Virus record (IMG/VR): IMGVR_UViG_3300009008_003296
Span: 1-64,000 of that record
Source: a virus
Direction: 5' to 3' (one strand)
Length of the DNA stretch: 64,000 bases
A program made the position numbers and the translations under genes. A model generated the notes under the pieces. It made no database searches and was not told the DNA's origin. It saw only the letters and a list, made by a program, of their open reading frames with translations. Position 1 is the stretch's first letter; each line of letters opens with the position of its first letter. This document shows positions 47,401-56,512 of the stretch, piece after piece.

Positions 47401-49070
47401 GTAAGCCAAAAATTGCCTACACCGTATGGGAGACAGATTTATACGCTGCTCACTTTTTTAAAACACTTCTTGAATACGACGAATTATGGGTTCCATCTAA
47501 ATGGCAAAGAGAATATAGCATAGCGCAGGGTTACCCGGCTAGTCGCGTTAAGGTAGTGCCTTTTGCTGTAGAGTCCGATTGTACCCCCAGTTCTGATGGT
47601 GAGTCTTTAGATGATTCAGTTTTTACCTTTTGTTTGTTTGGGCGTTGGGATTATCGCAAATCTACCACGGAGATTATCCGATGTTTTGTTGAATTGTTTG
47701 GTAACAACCCAAAAGTACAACTAATAGCTTCTATTGATAATCCTTTTGCCCTTGATGGGCTTTCGACGGAAGAGCGTAAAGCAAAAATGGGGTGGGGGGA
47801 GGTTGATAATATTATTCTTAAGTCTTTCCCCAATCGTAAAGAATATGTCAAAATTATTCAAGAAAGCCACGTATTTTTATCTTGTGCACGTGCAGAAGGG
47901 TGGAATATACCTTTATTAGAAGCGATGGCTTGCGGGACTCCTGCTATTTATAGTGATTGTTCTGCTCAACTAGAATTTGCCCAAAATAAAGGTATTCCGG
48001 TTCGTGTCTTAGGAAAGGAGAAAGCTGGAGTAGGTATAAGGGAAGTAGTCAGCCGATTTACTGCGAACCTTCCCGGCCATTACTTTAGTCCGGATTACGA
48101 GCACCTGAAAAGCCAGATGCAGTATTGTATAGACAACTATAAAAGTTTAAAAACAACAGCCCTCAAGGAGTCCGCCGAACTTCGTCAAAAGTATACGTGG
48201 CAACATACTGCCCGCATTGCCCTTGACCATTTAGACAGTTTTTGTAAATCTCAGGCCATTAATATTCCCAAACCAAACCCTTCCCCTGCTTCATCCAAAT
48301 TTATGAAAAAGAAGATATTCTTTCCCCTCATTACCTACGGAGGTATGTGTAATACTGAATTCGCTATTGGTGCTATGGGTACCCTTTTGCGGATTCAGCA
48401 AAGTTCTGATATTGATATGGTGGTTTCTTCCATTGTCTTTGAGAGTTTGATTAGTCGGGCTCGAAACGCTTCTGCTGCTTGGGCGCTTTCGTCAGATTAT
48501 ACCCATTTATTGTTTATTGATTCTGATATTCATTTTGAGGCAAACGATGTCTTCAAACTAATTGAAGCCGACAAAGATGTGGCGGTGGGTGTTTACCCTA
48601 AAAAATATTACAATCGCCACAAAATGGAATTTTTAGCCAAGGACGCACCTCATGTTTTTAACGATAAAAATGAATGGAGAGCCCTTGCGACGGATTTCTC
48701 TAGCGAATGCGGCGACAAGGCTTTAGATAAGGCACGGCAAGGCGAAATATTCACGGTAGATTATGCAGCCACAGGTTTCATGCTTATTAAAACTGATGTC
48801 TTTAAAAAAATTATTGACAAGCGCCCTGACCTGAAGTATACTAATGATGTTGATGGCTACATGAGTGCCGGAGACAACTTTTATGACTTTTTCACAGTGG
48901 GTGTAAATCAATCAAATAAAAAATATGAAAGCGAGGACTACGGCTTTTGCCAGCTCTGGCGTTCGGTCGGCGGACAAATCCACGTTATACCCTCTATCAA
49001 TCTTACCCACACGGGAAGAAACCATTACCCCGGAAACATCCAAGCTCAAGCTCAAATGTTTCATAAATAA
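44466..49070 (+). CDS. 1534-aa multidomain glycan enzyme: GT4 - GT-A - PIG-L deacetylase - GT4 - GT2-like
   Basis: Two EGWNIPL.EAMACG domains, MVDSD, AHPDDE...HNPCGEYGHIQH and SLISRARN..LFIDSD..SEDYGFC. Confidence 0.85.
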   Translation: MKIKAHCPFLGRTGYNAHARGFFTALSELIDLRVDNYTWCDDTDNYLTDHQKRIISEVTLRAPDGEQQYPPDWKEEIESFKYDVDIVLHEHCHRHFWREYTKPKIAYTVWETDRMNDDFFERLLEYDQLWVPSEWQKECAIGQGYPCDRVKVVPEAVEPDCFPDNAIVPDDSIFTFCVLGRWDHRKSITEILECFVELFGNNPKVQLIASIDNHYAEDGLSTEERFKKMGWGNIKNIILKSFPSRPEYIDILRRSHVFLSCARSEGWNIPLIEAMACGVPSIYSDCSGQTEFASGKGIPIPILGKEKARIGHGGIASKWTTEMPGHYFTPDFTRLKEKMRFCIDNYATLKTRALKESVEIRSKYTWANAALIALKNLENFAPKTQKVNVLVHADDEYLKYANICIESIRKHSGYNVILYGYDTHFKGKFIPPNTEVRRLRKWPLSKNGRNLGVMSCRVSMCLDALEQDPNDLFIMVDSDMVAMKDLRPFFREQFDRLEDYPLCITYKHDNLIHSRLEPDGTTIQKGHGDEAASVFGVEPRGVAFNHPIDFTIGHGVVIFDKKSAPFFSELLELSLRSLKEELVDLIDDKSFESERIHNILMWKYGFTQHLPLSWVSKDEDNDFLQPDLKTYTDAGFDVVYTHQDRRSYDIAPEQLLFLHGRSFPPLSSQLMIIAHPDDETIFGFSELDGDTDWKIVCVSSDNREDDFHKAMAFYGIKDYEMWGFNSSVMEAFPSDSLDKKIEHLINSQQWKKVVTHNPCGEYGHIQHKNVFDSVKKYCDNFYIFCKSASILGPHELQRKQEALKIYSSEDIIPQLQQLNGDWYIMPDMSTNYIEHGTVELYKPSRHTTPFIHCWEKTPDYSPVPFHKKKEFPSFVPKIKVHCPFLGHTGLSASARGTFTALSSIVDLRVDNYTWCDDRHNYLTEHQKKIISEVTLKDPQDNYIEKQHPPEWKKEIEDFQYDIDIVFHEYDHDHFLKKYSKPKIAYTVWETDLYAAHFFKTLLEYDELWVPSKWQREYSIAQGYPASRVKVVPFAVESDCTPSSDGESLDDSVFTFCLFGRWDYRKSTTEIIRCFVELFGNNPKVQLIASIDNPFALDGLSTEERKAKMGWGEVDNIILKSFPNRKEYVKIIQESHVFLSCARAEGWNIPLLEAMACGTPAIYSDCSAQLEFAQNKGIPVRVLGKEKAGVGIREVVSRFTANLPGHYFSPDYEHLKSQMQYCIDNYKSLKTTALKESAELRQKYTWQHTARIALDHLDSFCKSQAINIPKPNPSPASSKFMKKKIFFPLITYGGMCNTEFAIGAMGTLLRIQQSSDIDMVVSSIVFESLISRARNASAAWALSSDYTHLLFIDSDIHFEANDVFKLIEADKDVAVGVYPKKYYNRHKMEFLAKDAPHVFNDKNEWRALATDFSSECGDKALDKARQGEIFTVDYAATGFMLIKTDVFKKIIDKRPDLKYTNDVDGYMSAGDNFYDFFTVGVNQSNKKYESEDYGFCQLWRSVGGQIHVIPSINLTHTGRNHYPGNIQAQAQMFHK
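48814..48842 (+). promoter_or_regulatory. Intragenic promoter TTGACA-N17-TATACT
   Basis: Near-consensus; about 240 nt before the next gene. Confidence 0.5.
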
Positions 49071-49081
49071 TTTATTAAAAC

Positions 49082-49336
49082 ATGTGGACACGAAACAAAC
49101 ATAAACATACGGCTCGGCGACCTCATCTGCAAAAAGGCGGTTCGCACAGTAGCGCGGGACGCCAAAAAATCTCCTCTCGTAAGGATAAAAAAATCAACCA
49201 AATGAATCTTGTCGAAACACAAAAGAAGATTGAATTCTTGAAAAGCCGTAACGAATACAATAATCAAAACAAGTACGCAAGAGATCTGACTGATCGATTT
49301 TTGGAATTAATGAACAGTGGCTCCCACAGCAACTAA
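49082..49336 (+). CDS. Hypothetical basic protein
   Basis: ORF. Confidence 0.5.
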   Translation: MWTRNKHKHTARRPHLQKGGSHSSAGRQKISSRKDKKINQMNLVETQKKIEFLKSRNEYNNQNKYARDLTDRFLELMNSGSHSN

Positions 49337-49682
49337 CTCCACATTCCCCCCCTTGGATTGTGATCCCTGTGAGCTTCTCAAAGGGGACGAGAAAGCTTTC
49401 CTTATTGCTTCATTAGTATTGGTTGGCGAGCGCCCTGTTTTCTTTTATGATAAATTTAATTTATTTGCAGAGCCTTTTATTTCCCAGAATACTAAGAACC
49501 GCATTGAGTTTCCATTAAAACCAACAGCAGAGCTTCCTGATTATATTCCTACTTTTGGTTTTGGGGTCAACCACAATATTCTGATAGCCGAGGTGTGGCC
49601 TTGGCTTGACAAGGGTTGGCATCGTTGGTGGGAACATACGATAGTAGGTAGGAAAGATTTTACACTAAGTGTTTATGCCTAA
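49317..49682 (+). CDS. Hypothetical protein
   Basis: ORF. Confidence 0.5.
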   Translation: MAPTATNSTFPPLDCDPCELLKGDEKAFLIASLVLVGERPVFFYDKFNLFAEPFISQNTKNRIEFPLKPTAELPDYIPTFGFGVNHNILIAEVWPWLDKGWHRWWEHTIVGRKDFTLSVYA

Positions 49683-51285
49683 GTCTGTTTTAAGTTTTGC
49701 GGCCGCGCATCACGATTCTAATTTATCCGTGTATGTAAAGAATCAGCTCTATACTATAGAGCTGGAAAGAATTTACGGCAATCGATACTTGGCGTTTCAA
49801 ACATGTTCAGAGGCCGAACAACAATCCCTTTTAATCTCTTTAAAGCAAATCCTAAAAGACAAAGGCCTTCTTGTACCTTCTTTTGATGTGGGTTTGTTTG
49901 ATTGGGAAAGTACAGCAGAAACGATTCAAAAGTTTTGTGAGATTTTTAATGTTGTAAAAGTTTATCAAAAAGGAGATGACGCCACGTTCCATCATAGAGC
50001 TCATGCCGCGGGAGCTTTTTATTCCAGTGGTTTCGATGAAGCTTTGGTTTTTAGCTATGATGGAGGGGGGGAACCTGACGGTACTATTTGTGTCTACGAC
50101 CTTAAAAAACCTGATCCGGATTTTACTCAACTTAACCCCTTTGCACTGCGATGTTTGACGACCAAATATTGTTCTTTATCTTCTTTTATGGAAGAAATTA
50201 GAGGTTCGCAAAAAAATCAAGATTATCTTCATCGACGTTTTGATCAAGTGGACCATGGGTGTTCGGGTAAGTTTATGGGATTATCGGCGTATGGTGTTTT
50301 TGATAAGTTTATGTTTGATGCCTGCAAAAAGTGGTTGCAGGTAGGTTCCCTTAATCCGTATGATTCTCATTTTTGGGGAGAGATAGGAACTCATTTTAAA
50401 AATGGAGTGCAGGGTACAACTTCCTATAATTGGGCTTTTAACATGCAACGTGCTTTTGAAGCTGATTTTTTAGAGCTTTTTGTTAAGTTTTTTGATAAGA
50501 GCAAACATAAAAACGTTTGCTTAACGGGAGGGGGTGCCCTCAATGTTGTGCTCAACGAGAGGCTGAGTAAGACTTATCCAAATGTTAATTTTTTTGTTTC
50601 CCCTTCTCCCGGTGATAGCGGTTTATCATCTGGCATGATAGTCCGTTATCTCAAAAACCCGCTTGTTTCCGAATCTATGTATACGGGCTGTGAAATTTTA
50701 GACAAAGGGGCTTTGCCATACATTTTAGATCATCGAGCGTGGAAGAAGGCTACCCCGAAACTCATAGCAAAGGAATTAACAAGAGGAAAAATTATTGGTA
50801 TCTGTCGAGGTGACAGCGAAATAGGCCCCCGTGCATTAGGAAATCGAACTATATTGGCGGATCCCCGAAGTCACCAAGCTAAAGATATAATCAATGATAA
50901 AGTTAAATTTAGAGAATGGTATCGGCCGTTTGCTCCTGTATGTAAAGAAGATAAGGCATCAATTTTTTTCGAAACGTCTGATAATGCGTGCTACAAGTAT
51001 ATGTCTTTTAGCCCTCAGGTGCGAGAAAAATATCGAACAGTATTGCCCGCAGTGACCCATGTGGACGGATCCTCTCGATTACAAACCGTTTCTGCACAGC
51101 AAAATCAGTTTATCTATGACATATTAGATGAATTTGAGAAGCTGACGGGTATTCCCGTCTTGGTTAACACTTCTTTTAATACTAAAGGAAAAGCTATTTT
51201 AACTCGATATCTCACCGCTATGCAAGTCTTAGATTCAACAGGACTTGACAGCGTGGTGCTAGAAGGCTATTATATTTATAAATAA
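49675..51285 (+). CDS. NodU/CmcH-family O-carbamoyltransferase
   Basis: HDS, ER, HHRAHA, DGGGE, GKFMGLSAYG, GGGALNV, E.GPRALGNR, REWYRPFAP, HVDGSSRLQT and NTSFN. Confidence 0.92.
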   Translation: MPKSVLSFAAAHHDSNLSVYVKNQLYTIELERIYGNRYLAFQTCSEAEQQSLLISLKQILKDKGLLVPSFDVGLFDWESTAETIQKFCEIFNVVKVYQKGDDATFHHRAHAAGAFYSSGFDEALVFSYDGGGEPDGTICVYDLKKPDPDFTQLNPFALRCLTTKYCSLSSFMEEIRGSQKNQDYLHRRFDQVDHGCSGKFMGLSAYGVFDKFMFDACKKWLQVGSLNPYDSHFWGEIGTHFKNGVQGTTSYNWAFNMQRAFEADFLELFVKFFDKSKHKNVCLTGGGALNVVLNERLSKTYPNVNFFVSPSPGDSGLSSGMIVRYLKNPLVSESMYTGCEILDKGALPYILDHRAWKKATPKLIAKELTRGKIIGICRGDSEIGPRALGNRTILADPRSHQAKDIINDKVKFREWYRPFAPVCKEDKASIFFETSDNACYKYMSFSPQVREKYRTVLPAVTHVDGSSRLQTVSAQQNQFIYDILDEFEKLTGIPVLVNTSFNTKGKAILTRYLTAMQVLDSTGLDSVVLEGYYIYK

Positions 51286-51286
51286 G

Positions 51287-51508
51287 ATGAAAGAACAAAT
51301 ACTTAACACTATCGCCGTACATAACGTAAGCCAATACCACCATGCTAAAACTAACCTAGATAATTACTTAGCTAACCCTGCTGCTATTGGAGAGCATCCT
51401 GACATTGTCGCTGAGGCGATTAAATTGGTGGAATCTATGGAGGCGGCAGAATCCAACCTTCAAACATTAAACGCAGCCTATGGAACCGATTACACAACAG
51501 CAATGTAA
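51287..51508 (+). CDS. Small conserved-looking phage protein
   Basis: YLANPAAIGEHPDI motif; TTGACA-N17-TATTAT upstream at 51245-51273. Confidence 0.65.
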   Translation: MKEQILNTIAVHNVSQYHHAKTNLDNYLANPAAIGEHPDIVAEAIKLVESMEAAESNLQTLNAAYGTDYTTAM

Positions 51509-51689
51509 TGAATTTTATTTAAAAGACACCAAGTTTAGAGTCTTCGCTGACGATAATATCATTAGCGTCTATAATGTTCACCATCTTTCTCGCGCAGATA
51601 TTAATGCGGCGATTCGCTATATGATACTAGAAGCTATTATTGAAATTGGTACCTATCAAGTAAACGTTTACTCAGAAAATTTTAAATGA
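51480..51689 (+). CDS. Hypothetical protein
   Basis: ORF. Confidence 0.5.
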   Translation: MEPITQQQCNEFYLKDTKFRVFADDNIISVYNVHHLSRADINAAIRYMILEAIIEIGTYQVNVYSENFK

Positions 51690-52444
51690 GCAATATTTTA
51701 ATTTCAACCATCGTTAGAAACCGCGGTGAAACCCTTCGTGGGTGGCATGATCAACTTGAATCGTTGGTTTGTTTAGACGAGCATAATCAATACTATTTAA
51801 GTATTTATGAAAATGATTCCGAAGACAATAGCGTCGCGCTGTTAAATTCTTTTGATTATTCTTTTTGTAAGGATTACTGTCTAAAAAGCGAAACGCTTAA
51901 CACCAAATATTACTATCCTCCTTTTGAGGACTACGGAACGGAGCAAGGACACTTTAGTAAAGTTGATAGAGTCAACAATTTAGCAGCAGCGAGAAATAAA
52001 AGTATTTTTGAGTGTGGTTTTTTGGGAGACACCGACTATGTTCTTTGCATAGAACCTGATATTAAATACAGCCCACAAGAATCGCTACCGAGCGTCATCA
52101 ACAAGCAACACTACGATATTATTTCAGCTAAAAGCATTTTCACCAGCACTCGTTATGAGTCGCATCCTCTGTATGATGGGTGGGCTACCAGAAAAACCGA
52201 ACATGAGGAAAGCTGGGATTTTTCCATATCTTTAGAGGGTATGATACCAGTTTGGTCAACGTTTAATTGTTTTTGTATGTACAAGTCCCTTCCTTTTAAA
52301 CAAGGGGCCGCTTTCGGAGGGTTTAATAAACGGCTAGATAAGCCTGACTGTGACACGGCTGTTATATGTGAAGAGTTCCGTGCTTTAGGGTACCATAATA
52401 TGGTAATGAATTGTGAGTTTGAGGTCTTACAAGAGCTTGAATAA
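51686..52444 (+). CDS. GT-A glycosyltransferase (CAP59/Anp1-like)
   Basis: IYENDSEDNS, R..NLAAARN, YDGWA and VWSTFN. Confidence 0.65.
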   Translation: MSNILISTIVRNRGETLRGWHDQLESLVCLDEHNQYYLSIYENDSEDNSVALLNSFDYSFCKDYCLKSETLNTKYYYPPFEDYGTEQGHFSKVDRVNNLAAARNKSIFECGFLGDTDYVLCIEPDIKYSPQESLPSVINKQHYDIISAKSIFTSTRYESHPLYDGWATRKTEHEESWDFSISLEGMIPVWSTFNCFCMYKSLPFKQGAAFGGFNKRLDKPDCDTAVICEEFRALGYHNMVMNCEFEVLQELE

Positions 52445-53610
52445 TGAAGTGGCCGTTAAATATTTCTCATTTTACTTTTTTAGATAGATTAAAAATTTGT
52501 TTGTTCTTTTTGAATCCTAAAAAAGTTTGGACGATGGGGGCAGAAGTAGAGTCTTTGGAAAAAGTGATGGCCGAATACACTGGGGCTCGCTATGCGGTAT
52601 TTACTTCTAGTGGTTCGACGGCGAATAGCCTAATAGCGATGAGCCTAAAAGACCTTAAAAAGGCTGAACTTTGGTCTCATGATAAATGTGAAATTGTTTT
52701 TCCTTCTACTACGTGGGCCACGTCTGTCACCCCTTTTATAAGAGAAGGTTTCATTCCTAAATTTATAGACGTGTGTCCCCATGACCTCTCTCTTGATTTG
52801 CACCTACTAGAGCAGTATCTCTCAGAACACTCAAGAAAGGTAAGGTGTGTTTTCTTGACGTCGCTTTTAGGGTTTACCCCAAATATAGATGCAATAAAAG
52901 CAATATCCCAAAAGTACAAAGTGGAAGTGATGCTTGACAATTGTGAAAGCCATTTAGGTAGGTTTCAAAACGAAAACATAAATTCCTTTTTTACCTCTAC
53001 TACCAGTACATATTTCGGGCATTTGGTTCAAAGCATTGAAGGAGGGTTTGTTTTCACCAACAGCAAAAAAGAGTACGAATATTTTGTTATGGCACGCAAC
53101 CACGGTATGACGCGATCCTTGAAGAGCCCTGAGCCCTATTTAAATCCTTTGGTTGATCCGCGGTTTGATTTTTACACCAAAGGAAGCAACTTTAAAAATT
53201 CGAACGTTAATGCGCTGATCTGTAACTTGAATTTTCAGAGAGTAGATAAGTACATTAAAGCGCGAGTACATAAATATCAACTCTTTAAAGAAGGTATGGC
53301 TAAGATACTTGACTTCCCAGAAGAGTCCTCTTCTAAGATGCACGTTCCTTTTTCTTTACCAATAATACCAAAAAAAGAATACCTTGATAAGGTACCTCTT
53401 TTCAAGCAATACTGCGAATCCCATTCCATCGAAATGCGCCCCCTCGTTTCAGGCAACCTTCTGACACAAACAGCATTTAAAGAATATGGTAATGGGGCAG
53501 ACTTTAAGTATAGCACCTTCCTACATGACCATTGTTTTTACATAGGGTTGCATCCAAGCTTAAAAGATAGCAGCATTAGAAAGCTATGCAAAGAATTTAA
53601 TAAAATTTAA
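52444..53610 (+). CDS. DegT-family PLP enzyme, ColD/RfbH-type (His at the Schiff-base position)
   Basis: SSGSTAN, TWAT, LLG, DNCES, YFGHLVQSIEGG, HG and RP.VSGN. Confidence 0.8.
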   Translation: MKWPLNISHFTFLDRLKICLFFLNPKKVWTMGAEVESLEKVMAEYTGARYAVFTSSGSTANSLIAMSLKDLKKAELWSHDKCEIVFPSTTWATSVTPFIREGFIPKFIDVCPHDLSLDLHLLEQYLSEHSRKVRCVFLTSLLGFTPNIDAIKAISQKYKVEVMLDNCESHLGRFQNENINSFFTSTTSTYFGHLVQSIEGGFVFTNSKKEYEYFVMARNHGMTRSLKSPEPYLNPLVDPRFDFYTKGSNFKNSNVNALICNLNFQRVDKYIKARVHKYQLFKEGMAKILDFPEESSSKMHVPFSLPIIPKKEYLDKVPLFKQYCESHSIEMRPLVSGNLLTQTAFKEYGNGADFKYSTFLHDHCFYIGLHPSLKDSSIRKLCKEFNKI

Positions 53611-53613
53611 TTT

Positions 53614-54174
53614 ATGAACGAAATTAACGGTGAATTTGGCCCAAATAATCCAAGATCTTTAAATATTTTTATTCCACAGATTTCAGATCAAACGGTGGTA
53701 GATGATTGTATTTTGCCATTGCTTCAAGAGGCTATTGCTGAGGGTGAGTTCCTTTACCCTTATTATATAGCGCCAAACCAGACTGAGAAAGCGTCTTTGG
53801 TCTTTGGTTATCTTTTTTCCGCGTGTGTTCGAGAAAAAACTTTTGCTTTGGCTTTAGATGGGAATAATCCCGTGGGGTTTGAGGCTTATTTGCGTAGTCC
53901 ATTTTGTGATTATTTTAAAACTCCTAATATCTATGATGGTTTGCTCACCTTTGTTTCAAAATCGTATCGAAGAAAAGGGGTATCCACTAAGTTACGTAAA
54001 TTTTTATTGAACACAGGAGGGTTTAAGAGAGGCGACATATTTCGCTTTAGCGTTAAAAGAGACAATGCGGCAGGGTACTTATCAGTAGAGAAACTTGCAA
54101 AAGAGCTTAACATTAATATGGTAGAAACCGGTGCTAACTATGAAGGCCAAGTCACTCACCAGCTTGATATTTAA
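53614..54174 (+). CDS. GNAT acyltransferase
   Basis: Motif A FVSKSYRRKGVSTKL and DNAAG. Confidence 0.7.
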   Translation: MNEINGEFGPNNPRSLNIFIPQISDQTVVDDCILPLLQEAIAEGEFLYPYYIAPNQTEKASLVFGYLFSACVREKTFALALDGNNPVGFEAYLRSPFCDYFKTPNIYDGLLTFVSKSYRRKGVSTKLRKFLLNTGGFKRGDIFRFSVKRDNAAGYLSVEKLAKELNINMVETGANYEGQVTHQLDI

Positions 54175-54763
54175 GGAGTTAACAGGGAAAGAGATTTTAC
54201 CTGTTCAAGAGGCGTTTCTTGATGAAGTAGCCCCTATTGTTGCTGATTTTAAATATGATTTGCTTGAACCTCCTAGCTCTGCCTCGGTAGCTCTTTCTGT
54301 TGCTTGTGACAAAGACCTTTATCAAACCCTATCTAACAGTATGGGTTTATGGGGCGCTAACCATTTTGTTTTTTCCGATGTTGTTCGTCAATGGCGTACG
54401 GGGGATTATCCTGATCTCATAGCGGGGATGGGTCACCCTAAGTTTAAAGGGGGCGACCCTCGTACAGCTGAAATAGAGGGGTTAGCCGTTAAACACAATA
54501 TTTCCCTTTCTTCGTTAGGATCTTTTAAACAGTTTGGGGCTCAGAGAGGGCTATATGTTAATTTAGCTGGGTGCTTAGGGATGATATTATGGGACATGGG
54601 GTTCACGGAGGATAATGTAGATTTTTTTCCTATGGTATGGAGATTTTTGGGACTGACGAAGCTTTATGGTTTTCTTAATGATGAAATTAAATTGGGAAGT
54701 GGAATAGATTGTATTAAAGAAGCTTACCGCAAGGTTTATCCAGATCGTTATGATACTCACTAA
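54140..54763 (+). CDS. Citrate-synthase/citryl-CoA-lyase-like protein (divergent)
   Basis: PPSS, GANH, IAGMGHP.FK..DPR and VNLAG...IL.DMGF. Confidence 0.65.
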   Translation: MKAKSLTSLIFKELTGKEILPVQEAFLDEVAPIVADFKYDLLEPPSSASVALSVACDKDLYQTLSNSMGLWGANHFVFSDVVRQWRTGDYPDLIAGMGHPKFKGGDPRTAEIEGLAVKHNISLSSLGSFKQFGAQRGLYVNLAGCLGMILWDMGFTEDNVDFFPMVWRFLGLTKLYGFLNDEIKLGSGIDCIKEAYRKVYPDRYDTH

Positions 54764-55490
54764 TAGTTCTCAATTTATAGGACAACTTGTTTCCGACTTA
54801 AAGCCTATTGAGGAAACGATCTCAAACCCTTATTTTTCTTATACTTTAGGCTTTAATATTAAACATAATGAAATTCGTCAATGCAAACTTTATATTCGTT
54901 TTTTTGATCGTGACGATTCTTTTTTAAAGTTTTTTGAAATTTTCACAGATGCAAACATTAAGGCAATGGCTATTCATGATTTTCGCCACGCGGAAGACAT
55001 TGCTTTTAAGAAGAGCGCATTAGGCTTTAAAGGATTTACCATTGGCCTTGTGAGAGATTTTAATACTAATAGAACAGGGTGTGGATGGGGGGCTCGTGCC
55101 ACAAGCATTATTAGTGGTCCTTATTTTTATGGCTATAGATTTTTTGATGATTTCCTTTTCAGAAAAATGTACAAATACGTCACACCTAATCTACGCTTTT
55201 TAAAGCTGCCCTTCATGACGGAGATGGTGGAAATACAAGAGTCCTTTGAGGAAAAAGAGCACAAATATTGCTTGTGCCCCACGATAACAAGAGATAATTT
55301 AAGTGAAATTAGTCGATCTATAGAGGGAAACTTAAGCCCTTCGTGTAAATTATACCATAACGAAATTATAAAGCTTAACCCCGCATTGACGCTGGTTAAC
55401 ATGGGGATAGGGCCTAACGAAGAAAAATTGTATTATCATAATTTTAAAAAATCTAACAAAATAAAACATTACTTTTTAAACGATGAATAG
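54750..55490 (+). CDS. Hypothetical protein
   Basis: Intact ORF overlapping both neighbours. Confidence 0.6.
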   Translation: MILTNSSQFIGQLVSDLKPIEETISNPYFSYTLGFNIKHNEIRQCKLYIRFFDRDDSFLKFFEIFTDANIKAMAIHDFRHAEDIAFKKSALGFKGFTIGLVRDFNTNRTGCGWGARATSIISGPYFYGYRFFDDFLFRKMYKYVTPNLRFLKLPFMTEMVEIQESFEEKEHKYCLCPTITRDNLSEISRSIEGNLSPSCKLYHNEIIKLNPALTLVNMGIGPNEEKLYYHNFKKSNKIKHYFLNDE

Positions 55491-55911
55491 CTATATTTTA
55501 GGTGCAGCGTTGGGGGTCACCCTCTTAATATCCGCGGTGGGGTATTTTTTTTATAAAAAGAACGAAAAGCTGAAAGCTGAACTCACCACAATCAACCTTC
55601 AAGTAGAAAGCTACGAGAACAGGCTAGGACAATTGACCCAAGCGGTTGATGACGCCCAAAAAACAATGGACACTCTACACGAACGCAATAACGCTATTGA
55701 AAAAGCTGCGGGCGATCGCAAAGAAGAGCTTGACAAAGTTCTCAGAACGCATAATATTGACAGGATCGCCGAGCGCAAGGCCTCCCTCCTTACTAGGAAG
55801 GTTAACAGGGCCAGCGCTAACGTGATGAAAACATTCGAAATGTTAACCGACCCTAAATATGTTTACACCAAACCAATCGATTTCGGCGGTAGCGCCATGG
55901 AAGAAAATTAG
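55483..55911 (+). CDS. Putative inner-membrane spanin
   Basis: N-terminal TM anchor, coiled coil and ERKASLLTRKVN. Confidence 0.5.
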   Translation: MNSYILGAALGVTLLISAVGYFFYKKNEKLKAELTTINLQVESYENRLGQLTQAVDDAQKTMDTLHERNNAIEKAAGDRKEELDKVLRTHNIDRIAERKASLLTRKVNRASANVMKTFEMLTDPKYVYTKPIDFGGSAMEEN

Positions 55912-56116
55912 TATTAAGATATTTTTCACTACCGTTGCCTTAGTTTCAATGTATTTAGTGGGGTGGTCTTCTTACAACTATGCCCTTCAGTTTACATCTT
56001 ACCCAGCAACAAAAGCAATAAAATGAAACGGATTATATGTTATGGGATGAATGGAAGCTTTCAAAAGTATTTACTAAAACCCTGTCCGAGTTGGAGATCC
56101 CAATCGAAGATAAATA

Positions 56117-56512
56117 ATGAAAGATTGTCGTTTTTGTGACCTCAGCCTCCATGCGGTGATGGATACCGACGAGTATGCCGCCTCTTTTCTTGATGCTTGG
56201 CCAGTGGTAGAATTTCATACGCTTTTTATTCCTCGTCGCCATGTCTTGACTTATTTTGATTTGAGCGAAGAGGAATTGCAAAGTATCCATAAGTTAATAA
56301 TGACGCAGCGCAAGCGTATTTTAGATCAAGATCCAACCATAGAAGGTTTTAATATTGGGTGGAATTGCGGGAAGGCGGCTGGTCAAAGTGTTTTCCATGC
56401 TCACTGTCATTTAATTGCTCGCAAAGAGGGTGAAAAAATTCAGCGTAAGATATCAGAGCCGCCATCTTTCCTTCATCCGTGGGTAGATGAGCTTGGAATC
56501 TTACAAAAGTGA
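56117..56512 (+). CDS. HIT-family hydrolase
   Basis: CRFC, HTL.IPRRH and GFNIG.N.G.AAGQSVFHAHCHLI. Confidence 0.9.
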   Translation: MKDCRFCDLSLHAVMDTDEYAASFLDAWPVVEFHTLFIPRRHVLTYFDLSEEELQSIHKLIMTQRKRILDQDPTIEGFNIGWNCGKAAGQSVFHAHCHLIARKEGEKIQRKISEPPSFLHPWVDELGILQK

